Source of the DNA: a virus
Strand: one strand, 5' to 3'
IMG/VR virus record: IMGVR_UViG_3300012936_000004
Location: 25,415-89,414 of that record
DNA: 64,000 bases
Positions 43,423 to 52,350 of the stretch are shown here, one piece after another; within the stretch, counting starts at the first letter, position 1; the number at the start of each line of letters is the position of its first letter. A program made the position numbers and the translations under genes. The notes below the pieces were generated by a model that was not told the origin of the DNA, searched no databases, and was given only the letters and a program-made list of their open reading frames with translations.

Positions 43423-44265
43423 TTAAGCCGCTATGGCTAACTCTTGTTTTTTATCTAATGCCGCAATCATACGTGTCATACCAATGCCACCGCCAACTCT
43501 TTGGAAGAAGTCAAACTCTAAGAACTTTTCTAGTTCTGCTTCTACTCTATCTTTACCAAATAGTTTGTAAAGTAGTTCAGCATATTCTCCGTCTACAATG
43601 CTATGAAATGTATCACGCATCATATCTACATCACAACTACGTTCTGCTGATCCTATAGTTTCCATGCCTCCTAATATAACATCCATCTTCTTGGCAGTTA
43701 TACCATCGTCATTTCTACTCATATTCCAGAACGGACTTGTCATTTCAGGAAAGTTTGTTATTAATGTTGAACCAAAACGTTCAAACATTTTAGTTTCATG
43801 GGTAGCATCCATTTCAATATTTTTGCCTATTTGAAAATGATCTTGCCATTCTGCATAAGTCTTTTCTGTAAGCGGATCAAAGCCTAAGTATTCACATAGT
43901 TCATACTCCATTGCTTTTAGATCATCTACACTACCTGGCATTTCAAATTCGAACATTGGAAATATTATATCGTGTCTGCCTGGAATAGCATTAGGCTCTT
44001 GTCTATAAGACGTTGACACACAAAAAAAGCCCTTCGAATCGGGCTTAGTAAGTAATTCATGTTCTAACCACATCTGTCCCGTTTGCGGTAGAGGCCATAC
44101 TTCGCCTGCATAATTGTATGTTGCTACATTGAACGGATCTTCACATGCGGCTAAGATACTTAAACGGTTTTGAGTATGTACTTCTTCAAATCCTTTGTCC
44201 AAAAAAAAGGACCTCAAAAGGCCTACTGTGTGTGTAAATTTTGTTGGTGATATTAATTGCGTCAT
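43423..44265 (-). CDS. class IIb aminoacyl-tRNA synthetase catalytic domain only (AsnRS-like)
   Basis: motif 1 RSFF..KGF.EV, LPQTGQMWLE, motif 2 YRQE...GRH..FPMFEFE, ETIGSAER, motif 3 GGGIGMTR; no N-terminal OB fold. Confidence 0.88.
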   Translation of the reverse strand: MTQLISPTKFTHTVGLLRSFFLDKGFEEVHTQNRLSILAACEDPFNVATYNYAGEVWPLPQTGQMWLEHELLTKPDSKGFFCVSTSYRQEPNAIPGRHDIIFPMFEFEMPGSVDDLKAMEYELCEYLGFDPLTEKTYAEWQDHFQIGKNIEMDATHETKMFERFGSTLITNFPEMTSPFWNMSRNDDGITAKKMDVILGGMETIGSAERSCDVDMMRDTFHSIVDGEYAELLYKLFGKDRVEAELEKFLEFDFFQRVGGGIGMTRMIAALDKKQELAIAA

Positions 44266-44392
44266 TTTTTTTCTCCTTTTAGTATTTTAGCCTAAAAAAA
44301 AATTACTACTGTCGTAGTTCTTTTGTTCAACCTAAAAAAAATATGCTCAAAAAAATTTGAGAGACGTTATGTCATCGAGTTATTTATCAAAG

Positions 44393-44815
44393 TTATAACT
44401 TTTTAATTCTATTTGTATGACGTCCGCCTTCAAACTCTGTGTTGAGAAATGTTTCAACAATATTAGTTATCCAAGATGGATCTGTTACTCTTGCTCCTAA
44501 GCATAATATATTTGCGTTATTATGTTTTCTAGTAAGCATTGCTGTCTGTGTATCTTTACAGAGTCCTGCTCGTATTGTTGAATAACGGTTAGCCGCTATA
44601 CTCATACCAATTCCTGTACCGCAAACAAGAATGCCAAAGTCAGCACTTGTATCGGATACCAAACTACATACATGTTTAGCGAAATCCGGATAATCACAAC
44701 TATCTTCACTATAACAACCACAGTCTACAATGATATGTTTTTGATCTTTTAACCAATCTACTATTGCTTGTTTTATTTTGTAACCTCCATGGTCACTTGC
44801 TATTGCTATATTCAT
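44393..44815 (-). CDS. rpiB: ribose-5-phosphate isomerase B
   Basis: SDHGG, DYPD, CGTGIG, HNNAN, FEGGRH. Confidence 0.96.
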   Translation of the reverse strand: MNIAIASDHGGYKIKQAIVDWLKDQKHIIVDCGCYSEDSCDYPDFAKHVCSLVSDTSADFGILVCGTGIGMSIAANRYSTIRAGLCKDTQTAMLTRKHNNANILCLGARVTDPSWITNIVETFLNTEFEGGRHTNRIKKL

Positions 44816-45270
44816 AATGATACATCCTCTAATCCTGCCGCACGTAGTTTTACAATATTATTAATTTGAAACTGTTTGGCATCTAACGCTTTAATAAGTC
44901 CCATATACTTATTTCGTATAAGTGCAAACTCATTACAAATATGCTGTTGGTCAACTACGTCTTGTTCACCTTCAGCATACTTGTCTGCATCTCTTGAACT
45001 TAATGCTCGATTATAATGTTCAAGAAACTTTTTATATTTTTCTGTTTTAACTTTTCGTAATTCAATGTTGAGGTATTCTAGTATAGCCTCAATTTCCTGC
45101 AACTGATTAAAACGATGTTCAACTATACCGGGCATGTTGCGTGAATGCTTTTCAACATTACCTTTTAAACTACACTCTACACGAGCTTCGTCTAGTTGCG
45201 TTTCGTAATAATTAATTGCAGGAATTATTTTATTAAAGTCCTTGCGGATTTCATTAAACCACTGTGACAT
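44812..45270 (-). CDS. uvsY: recombination mediator UvsY-like
   Basis: helical; ALD.KQFQI.NIVKLR.AG; adjacent to uvsX. Confidence 0.7.
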   Translation of the reverse strand: MSQWFNEIRKDFNKIIPAINYYETQLDEARVECSLKGNVEKHSRNMPGIVEHRFNQLQEIEAILEYLNIELRKVKTEKYKKFLEHYNRALSSRDADKYAEGEQDVVDQQHICNEFALIRNKYMGLIKALDAKQFQINNIVKLRAAGLEDVSL

Positions 45271-45516
45271 TTACCATTCATCATCTTCGTTGTACTCATC
45301 AAAGTCTACATGTTCAATATAGTTGTCTCTGATAATTTTGTCAATAGTTCCGTCAAATCCAACAAACTCGTCAGCCGCATCTTCGATATCAACACGTTCG
45401 CCTAGAGTCATTAGAAATTTTTGACACGCATCATACCGATCTTTGGCACTAATGTAAGGTTTCATAGCCATCCAAAGATCCATGTATGTTTCAATTTCGT
45501 CTTCACTCAGTCTCAT
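45271..45516 (-). CDS. acidic hypothetical protein
   Basis: 81-aa ORF coupled between uvsX and uvsY. Confidence 0.7.
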   Translation of the reverse strand: MRLSEDEIETYMDLWMAMKPYISAKDRYDACQKFLMTLGERVDIEDAADEFVGFDGTIDKIIRDNYIEHVDFDEYNEDDEW

Positions 45517-46621
45517 TAATAGTGGCTTCCTCAGATAGCTGTTCGTCGATATTTAGTTCATCTAATTCAATTACTGCATTATCTACTTCTTCATCATCCC
45601 ACTGTTTCATGATTAAGTCCAAACACCCATCTTCGTTGAGTTCCCACGCTTTACGAAACTTTAAAAGTTCTTCTCCAGTTTCTTTGTTAACATATTTTAG
45701 TCTGTTTCCAGTTTTTGTTAATACACTTTTACCTTCTGCTAAGTCTACTAATCCACTATATGGAGACATTCCTGTCTCATATGGAATCTTAACTTGTACA
45801 CTTTCAAAAGGTTTGCTGTAACGTGTTTTCATAACTTTACATGCGGCACGAATACCACGCACTTCTGAAATTTTATTACCAGCTTCATCTTCTTTTAGTT
45901 TTAATTTACGCATAGCGACAACAATACTACTAGCATAGATAAAGCCTTGTCCACCACTAATTTTATCATCAGGGTCAAACATATCTTGTGATGCATATGT
46001 ATGGTTAGTTGCTACTAGTCCTACATTATAATCACCAAACATGTTTACACAGTTTCTTACAAGTGCAGTAAGTGCTTTAGGTTTACGACCTAAGTCACCT
46101 TTTAAGTCACCTTTTTCAAACTGATTGATGTCTGTTGGTGTAAGCATCATTCCTAAACTATCAATTACAAATAATACTTTAGGACGATCTTCATCTTCTT
46201 TTTCAGCATATTGTGATTTGTAGTCTTTCATAAATTCATTAACGAGTTTTGCAACATCGTCAATCATTGCTACGTTTAGTTTAAGAAGTTTATCTTCTGC
46301 TGTATCTACATCTAATGCATGTAACCATTTTTCATCTAGTGCATTTTCTGTATCAATTAATACTACAAAAATACCTTGACGTTGTGCTTCACGTACTAAG
46401 TTACCTGAACAGATAAAACTTTTACCTGCGCCAGATTCACCTGCAAACACACTTACTTTACCTAACGGAATACCGCCATCAAAACGTCCACTAACTAGTT
46501 TGTTTAATGTATAATTGCCTGTCGAAATCCACGTATCTGGATCTCTAAATCCTGTACTAAGTCCAGGCACACTCTTAGTAATACTTTTGCGAAATTTCGC
46601 AATATCAAAAGGTCTTGCCAT
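45503..46621 (-). CDS. uvsX: RecA-like recombinase UvsX
   Basis: GESGAGKS, IDTENA, VIDSLG, TNHTY, SGGQG, KTR. Confidence 0.93.
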   Translation of the reverse strand: MARPFDIAKFRKSITKSVPGLSTGFRDPDTWISTGNYTLNKLVSGRFDGGIPLGKVSVFAGESGAGKSFICSGNLVREAQRQGIFVVLIDTENALDEKWLHALDVDTAEDKLLKLNVAMIDDVAKLVNEFMKDYKSQYAEKEDEDRPKVLFVIDSLGMMLTPTDINQFEKGDLKGDLGRKPKALTALVRNCVNMFGDYNVGLVATNHTYASQDMFDPDDKISGGQGFIYASSIVVAMRKLKLKEDEAGNKISEVRGIRAACKVMKTRYSKPFESVQVKIPYETGMSPYSGLVDLAEGKSVLTKTGNRLKYVNKETGEELLKFRKAWELNEDGCLDLIMKQWDDEEVDNAVIELDELNIDEQLSEEATINETE

Positions 46622-46637
46622 AATTATCTCCATGAAA

Positions 46638-46663
46638 GAACGGGGCGACTATGCCGCCCCTTC
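46638..46663 (-). terminator. GC-rich hairpin between ssb and uvsX
   Basis: ggggcg-actatgc-cgcccc. Confidence 0.55.
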
Positions 46664-46679
46664 GGTATGTTGTTAAGAA

Positions 46680-47717
46680 TTAATTACCACGAGCACGTAT
46701 TGCGGCTAAAATATCTTGTGCGCTTGGCTTTTCGCCATCTGCCGCTGGTGCTGTTGCCGCTACTGTTTCAGCAACTTGCTCTTGTTGAGCTGGTGGTGTT
46801 ACAGGTGCAGGCTCTGGTGCCGCTTCTGCTACAGGAGCAGGAGTTGGCGTAGCCGCAGGCTGTGGTGCAGGACTAGCCGATGGTGTACTATTACTATTTG
46901 GTACACTATTGCTAGTATCAATTTGTACGCCGGACGGACGATAAAAATTTCCCCATGCTACCGGATCATATAATTTTCCATCAACACTTGCTTCAAACAT
47001 TTGACCAATTACAGCTAATTCTGCTTCACTTGGTTGTTTAGGAAGATAGTCATTTAATGTATACAAACCATATGACTCAATTGCTGAACGCTCATCGCTG
47101 TTTAGCGAACGTTCTTTACGAGACCAACTAGAAGTTGAATAGTCTGAATATTGACCTTTTGTAGTTTTAGTAAGACGGAAGTCTGTACCTGCTTCGTAAT
47201 CCGTTGGAAGTTCTTCAAAATCACTATCCATAAGTGCGCCTTTAATAATATTAAAGATACTTGGATTAATAATGAATCTACGAATTGGATTCTCAGGTTT
47301 TTCTTCATCGAGGGATGATTCCGTTACAAAACCTTGGAATACGTAACTACGCTTTTTCCAGTACTTACGTCCCATGTCCTCAAGTGCAGGATCTTTAAAC
47401 CATTGCCGCACCTCAGACAGTACAGGGCAACTTCCTACTGGACCCCACATTTCGTTACAAGGTACATTAACTGTTACTCGACGAGAATCAGGTTGTCCTT
47501 CGACTCCTGCAAATTCTAATCGAATCATTTGACGCTCACGCCAAAAGAAAGTATTACTCGTATCTCCATCTGGAAGGAAACGAATTACACTAGTTGAATT
47601 TTCTGGGATATTCCAAAACGGATAGATTGCGTTATCGCCTCCTCCGCTTGATTGATTACCGCTACCACGATTATCTTGCTCTTGTAGTTTTGCACGAATT
47701 TCTGCCAATGATGCCAT
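46680..47717 (-). CDS. gp32: single-stranded DNA-binding protein (T4 gp32-like)
   Basis: IRFLPD, C...CPV, YWKKRSY, G.DF.L.KT.KG.Y.DY..S; Ala/Pro tail. Confidence 0.9.
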   Translation of the reverse strand: MASLAEIRAKLQEQDNRGSGNQSSGGGDNAIYPFWNIPENSTSVIRFLPDGDTSNTFFWRERQMIRLEFAGVEGQPDSRRVTVNVPCNEMWGPVGSCPVLSEVRQWFKDPALEDMGRKYWKKRSYVFQGFVTESSLDEEKPENPIRRFIINPSIFNIIKGALMDSDFEELPTDYEAGTDFRLTKTTKGQYSDYSTSSWSRKERSLNSDERSAIESYGLYTLNDYLPKQPSEAELAVIGQMFEASVDGKLYDPVAWGNFYRPSGVQIDTSNSVPNSNSTPSASPAPQPAATPTPAPVAEAAPEPAPVTPPAQQEQVAETVAATAPAADGEKPSAQDILAAIRARGN

Positions 47718-47813
47718 AGTTTTTCTCCTTATATATGCCTATGTTTTTGCCTAAGTTTTGCCTTTGTGACAATGTACTTATTGTCTTGATAATAATACGT
47801 TTTTTGCCAGTTG

Positions 47814-49160
47814 TCAATGAAAAAGTTTATCTATATCGTAATTTTCAAACTTTTTTTCAAACTCTTTTGACCAGTTAACTGACTCTGAACGTACCTCTTC
47901 TTTTTCAACGACACTTAGCTTGGGCATCAGCATTGTAATTGCTTTAGCTGACTTACCTAGCATAGCATCGTCTTGTATACTGTCAACTAAATTACTTGCT
48001 TTTTGTAATTTTTCTGACAATTCGTTCTCGCTTTCGTCTAATACGTTAGCGATGTATTCCATTACTGCACCTAATTGTGATCTTGCTGATTCCATTTTTG
48101 CTCTCATTGGATTTTCAGGATCTGCTTTTAAGTCAGTACCTTCACGTAAACCAAATGCGTCTTTCGATTCAACAAATGAAACTAAGTTACTAATTGCTTC
48201 TTCGACTGCCGATCTCTGTTCACGTATAAAATTCATTTCTTTTACTAGTGCTTGTACATATGGTAATGCACCTTCTACATTTTCATCAAAGTACGAAACT
48301 GTAAACTTATCTTTAATATCACTAAAATCATCTTCATCTAATTTTTCATCAGAAGTTGAAAATGCTTCTAATGCATTTGAATATGTTTTACTACCTTTTA
48401 GCTTATGGAGAGTTTCACGGATATTTGCAATACGTGAATTAACTGCTTCGACGATTTCAGTTGTATCTTCATTAACTAAATTATTTCTATCACTATATCT
48501 CTTAAACTCTTTTAGTTTTTTAAGCTCGATACATTGTTCAACAATATGTTTACCAAAGTCATCATACGGTGTACCACCTTCTTTAACATGACGTAACATA
48601 GCTCTACCACCTGCTAAGTTGTTACTTGGAAATTTATAGCGTTCACCTTCAGCGTTTTCAATATAGATAGCACTAATGTTTCTACTGCGTGATCCACGCT
48701 GTTCTTCATTGACTGGCTTATTATGTTTAATAATAAGTCTTGCGCTTTCTAATTTTTGGTAGCTACTTTTTGTGCTTCCATATGCTTGTCCGATTGCTTC
48801 GTTTACTTTATTCATGTCTCTTACCTTTTGTGCTTGGTAGTCAAAATCCTTTGGTTCTATTTCTTTAGTATAGCTTTTTAATGTATATTCGATAATACTT
48901 TGATTAGCTAACTTCTTGACTAGATATAATGTATCTTTAAGAACGTCCATATCTGTTGTTGCACCAACACTTACTTTAATTTCACGAGTGTTAGTAGTTT
49001 CGTCTAGACTAATCATCGTATCAGTATCATTTAGATAAAAACGTCTACTTGTTAAAGGATCGACCGTAGTTGCGCCTTCATCTGTAAACATTTGTAATTT
49101 GTGCCCGTTGCCTTTGAGTATCTTAAAAATCTTTTCTGCAACTGTTTCTGAACTCAACAT
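47814..49160 (-). CDS. conserved hypothetical protein (head-associated candidate)
   Basis: RSRNI.AIYIEN.EGERYKFP...L.G.RAM.RHV..GG.PYD. Confidence 0.75.
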   Translation of the reverse strand: MLSSETVAEKIFKILKGNGHKLQMFTDEGATTVDPLTSRRFYLNDTDTMISLDETTNTREIKVSVGATTDMDVLKDTLYLVKKLANQSIIEYTLKSYTKEIEPKDFDYQAQKVRDMNKVNEAIGQAYGSTKSSYQKLESARLIIKHNKPVNEEQRGSRSRNISAIYIENAEGERYKFPSNNLAGGRAMLRHVKEGGTPYDDFGKHIVEQCIELKKLKEFKRYSDRNNLVNEDTTEIVEAVNSRIANIRETLHKLKGSKTYSNALEAFSTSDEKLDEDDFSDIKDKFTVSYFDENVEGALPYVQALVKEMNFIREQRSAVEEAISNLVSFVESKDAFGLREGTDLKADPENPMRAKMESARSQLGAVMEYIANVLDESENELSEKLQKASNLVDSIQDDAMLGKSAKAITMLMPKLSVVEKEEVRSESVNWSKEFEKKFENYDIDKLFH

Positions 49161-49189
49161 TATTTAGAACTTTCTTTGTTATATTGTAT

Positions 49190-50746
49190 TTATACCAAAA
49201 AGGTAATCGGCATAGGTTCTATATTTTCTTCATCAGAGAAGCTATCTTTAAGTTCATTATATGTAGTTTCGTCATATTGTGCGACATGTTGTGCAATACG
49301 AACTACTAGTAATGCCGCCATTACCAAATCATCTGTTTCGCCATCTTTAGCGGCGTAACTACTACCACGTGCTATAAATGTTTTAGTTTCACGCAATAAT
49401 GTATTACTGGCAATTTCCATCTTATCAGTTTCAATCCAATTTTTAAATTTACTACATGCACTAAGTTTACTTTTATTAGTTGTAGTAAATCCACGTCTAA
49501 ATGATCTGTTACTACCTGCACGTTTAGGTTCACTTATAAATGTGCCTGGGATATTATCTTCTCCCATTTCGGCTATGACTACTAGTGCCGCTTCTCCAAG
49601 TGTATTATTTTCTACACTCCAATATATTTCACTTTCGGGTGCTTGTTCTTGTATTTCTGTTAACATAATACGTAGTATTTTTATTTGTTCTTGTACTGGT
49701 GTTTTATTATGCATCCATTCTGCAACTTGTTTCATGCCTGGTAACTCATATATTTGTATAGCACTATTATCACCGCCTGTTCCCAAACTTGGATCTAATC
49801 CTGCAATATATGTTTTACCTTTTTGTATAGGTCTATACCATCGTACTTGTCCAGACTTTTTATATACATCTTTGTATTCCATTAATGTTAATTTTAAACT
49901 ATCAATAAGTGTCTCATCAAACGCTATGAACTCATTCATATGTTCACGTCTAAATCTTTCTTCACCTATTTTTGCTTGTTCTTCATCTGCCCAAACTTGA
50001 TCTCTGTCCGGATGTGCTTTCCAGTCTGCACTATAAGCCTTAAAACCGTTCTTCCCCGTTTCTTTTTCATTTCCATATTCATCTTGAGTTTTGTTAGCTT
50101 CTCTCCAAATTTGTGCAAATTGATCATCATCTTGATTTGGTGTGCTTGTAATAATACATTTACCACCTGTACTAAGTGTTGGACTAAGTGCAGTCCAAAA
50201 CTCACGAGCAATGGTAGGACGTACAAATGCAAACTCGTCTAAGTATGCCATTGAAATACTTAAACCACGTCCAGTATTTTCTGTAGTTGCTTGTGCTATA
50301 ATACGTGAACCATTATCAAATTCAATTGATCCTTTATTATAACTTGTGACTCCTGCACGTATAAAGTTAGGCAATAGTTCGTAACCAAAACGAACACGTT
50401 GCATAATCTCTTGAGCACCACTATATTTGTGTGCGGCAATAAGAATTGTTTGATCTGGATTAAACATTGCATACCATAAAAGGTATGCGGCAGCCGCTGT
50501 AGACTTACCCATCTGTCTACTAATAAGTGCAATACTGTATTTGTGATTATGATAGGCTTCTAATAATCCTTCTTGAAAATCGAATAAATCAAACTTCATA
50601 CGTCCTTTAGTAGGATGCTGAATCCAAACATATTCTCTAATAAAATATTGAGGATCCAAAGCACATTTAGCCAATTCCTCAATTTGAGACTTGGTATACT
50701 TTTCACGCTGGTATGGTGACTTGATTAAGTCTGAATTTGCACTCAT
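49190..50746 (-). CDS. gp17: terminase large subunit (T4 gp17-like)
   Basis: SRQMGKST, YLDEFAF, ITSTPN, GLDPS.G.GGD.S, VENN, DDLVMA. Confidence 0.95.
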   Translation of the reverse strand: MSANSDLIKSPYQREKYTKSQIEELAKCALDPQYFIREYVWIQHPTKGRMKFDLFDFQEGLLEAYHNHKYSIALISRQMGKSTAAAAYLLWYAMFNPDQTILIAAHKYSGAQEIMQRVRFGYELLPNFIRAGVTSYNKGSIEFDNGSRIIAQATTENTGRGLSISMAYLDEFAFVRPTIAREFWTALSPTLSTGGKCIITSTPNQDDDQFAQIWREANKTQDEYGNEKETGKNGFKAYSADWKAHPDRDQVWADEEQAKIGEERFRREHMNEFIAFDETLIDSLKLTLMEYKDVYKKSGQVRWYRPIQKGKTYIAGLDPSLGTGGDNSAIQIYELPGMKQVAEWMHNKTPVQEQIKILRIMLTEIQEQAPESEIYWSVENNTLGEAALVVIAEMGEDNIPGTFISEPKRAGSNRSFRRGFTTTNKSKLSACSKFKNWIETDKMEIASNTLLRETKTFIARGSSYAAKDGETDDLVMAALLVVRIAQHVAQYDETTYNELKDSFSDEENIEPMPITFLV

Positions 50747-50759
50747 ACTAATACTTATC

Positions 50760-51185
50760 TCAGATTTCTTTAGCTTCTGCTTTTAATTGACTATAACTTT
50801 GCTCGTTACCTGTTGGTTCTTTTGTTACAAGAGGTGTTGGTTCAATTTCTTCAACTACTGCTGGCTTTACTTCAGTCCATGTAGTTTTTGGTTTTTTTGT
50901 TTCTTGTTGTTTACGAAGTGGCATCCTAATATTATAGTTTTCATCTTTAAAGTTTTTTAGTGCATCAAAATGTGAATCTTTAATATCGTCTGTTAATCTT
51001 CTTAGATTACGCCTTGTTGTTTCAAAATATTGAACTTGTCCACCAATTTTTCTAACTGCATTTGCAAAGTCACTATTTGATTCAAATGCTTTTTCAAGTT
51101 TTTCAATCATTGATAATGCTTGTAAGAATGTTTTGTTGACTTTTTGGTCTTCTGTTACTTTATCTGTCATACTATTACTTATCAT
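50760..51185 (-). CDS. hypothetical protein (paralog of the N-terminus of 51267..51824)
   Basis: KV.KTF..A...I..L.K.F......AV...GG...D.H.DA shared. Confidence 0.6.
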   Translation of the reverse strand: MISNSMTDKVTEDQKVNKTFLQALSMIEKLEKAFESNSDFANAVRKIGGQVQYFETTRRNLRRLTDDIKDSHFDALKNFKDENYNIRMPLRKQQETKKPKTTWTEVKPAVVEEIEPTPLVTKEPTGNEQSYSQLKAEAKEI

Positions 51186-51191
51186 TAAAAA

Positions 51192-51221
51192 AAAGAGCTA
51201 CATTTAAAATGTAGCCCTTTA
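51192..51221 (-). terminator. intrinsic terminator
   Basis: gctacatt-taa-aatgtagc stem followed by a U-run on the minus strand. Confidence 0.65.
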
Positions 51222-51266
51222 CTCGTAAACCTTAACGCCTGAATTTAAGGTTATAGTTCTAACTTT

Positions 51267-51824
51267 TTAAATACCTGCTAGTTTCTTTAGCAGTGTAAGA
51301 TCTTCTTTCATAGTGTCTGCTGTTTCTAGATGTGCTATACCATCTCTTTGCAGTCCTTGCTCACTAAAATCAACTTCGTGACCAACTATGTTGCTTATTG
51401 CTTTTTCAAAACCAGTATCTGTATAAATTGTCCACGGACCATCGTGCATTACGTGTAGGCTAATATCACCTTCTTCGTCTTTATCAAATTTATAATCAGT
51501 AACCATTACTGACTTTGGATTATCACCATCGTCCCACATGCTATCGCCTGCTAGTGGAACTTCAATTGGAAACTTTGGCTTGCTTGGATCTTCAGAAATT
51601 GATTCTACTTCAACATTACCCATTGCATCATAATGTGCATCTTCTAATGCTCCGTACAATGTATCGAATGCTTCTTGTATAGCACCAAAATTTTGATCAC
51701 CGCCAAGGTCAACTACTGCTTTAGCAAGCATACCTTCATCACGGAATACTTTTTGTAAGTTGTTTATTTGTTCCATTGCTTTATCAAATGTGCGTTGGAC
51801 TTTCATTTCTTGGCTAGTTGGCAT
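51267..51824 (-). CDS. putative internal head protein
   Basis: acidic; C-terminal LKKLAGI motif. Confidence 0.65.
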   Translation of the reverse strand: MPTSQEMKVQRTFDKAMEQINNLQKVFRDEGMLAKAVVDLGGDQNFGAIQEAFDTLYGALEDAHYDAMGNVEVESISEDPSKPKFPIEVPLAGDSMWDDGDNPKSVMVTDYKFDKDEEGDISLHVMHDGPWTIYTDTGFEKAISNIVGHEVDFSEQGLQRDGIAHLETADTMKEDLTLLKKLAGI

Positions 51825-52348
51825 TAGCTTCTCCTAATATTCTTCAGGTAGTCTCTAAGACTTGGTGATTTAATCACAGGATCATCAACCTTCTTTGGCA
51901 ATGCAGGCCCAGGTATCTTTTTTGGATCACGGAATTCATCCCATCCGTCCCAATCTGGTGGCGGCATATAAATCAGCTTGGTGCCATCGAAGTCTGGCAA
52001 GCCTCTCCTGCCAGGCGCTGTTGGTATTTTTGGTTGAGGCTTAGGTCTATCAGGTCTAGGACCGCCTGGACTAGGTTTAGGATTAGGTTTATCCGGAGTT
52101 GGCATTGGTGGTACTTGCGGAGCACCTGGGATAAATCCTCTGTCGCCTGGCTCCTGTCCTGGCTCTGGAGCACCTGGAGTCCAGCCTCTATCTTTTTTAA
52201 GTCTATCTGCTGGTTCTTGTACCCCTGGAGTCCAGCCTCTATCTTTTTTAAGTCTATCTGCTGGTTCTTGTACACCTGGAGTAAAGCCTCTGTCACCTGG
52301 ACGTTTTTCGTTTAATCCTGATAATTTTTTAAGCCTGTTGATATCCAT
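51824..52348 (-). CDS. Pro-rich putative internal head protein with tandem repeats
   Basis: MDINRLKKLSGLNE leader; DRG(W/F)TPG repeats. Confidence 0.65.
   Translation of the reverse strand: MDINRLKKLSGLNEKRPGDRGFTPGVQEPADRLKKDRGWTPGVQEPADRLKKDRGWTPGAPEPGQEPGDRGFIPGAPQVPPMPTPDKPNPKPSPGGPRPDRPKPQPKIPTAPGRRGLPDFDGTKLIYMPPPDWDGWDEFRDPKKIPGPALPKKVDDPVIKSPSLRDYLKNIRRS
52174..52285 (-). repeat. 48-bp tandem repeat (~2.3 copies) encoding TPGVQEPADRLKKDRGW
   Basis: direct repeat visible in DNA and protein. Confidence 0.85.
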
Positions 52349-52350
52349 TG

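Noticed and set aside
47920-48591. Long + strand ORFs antisense to real genes (this one, 49542..50000 and many shorter ones)
   Set aside because: They are Ser/Phe-rich shadow frames of minus-strand genes with no SD, promoter or motifs.
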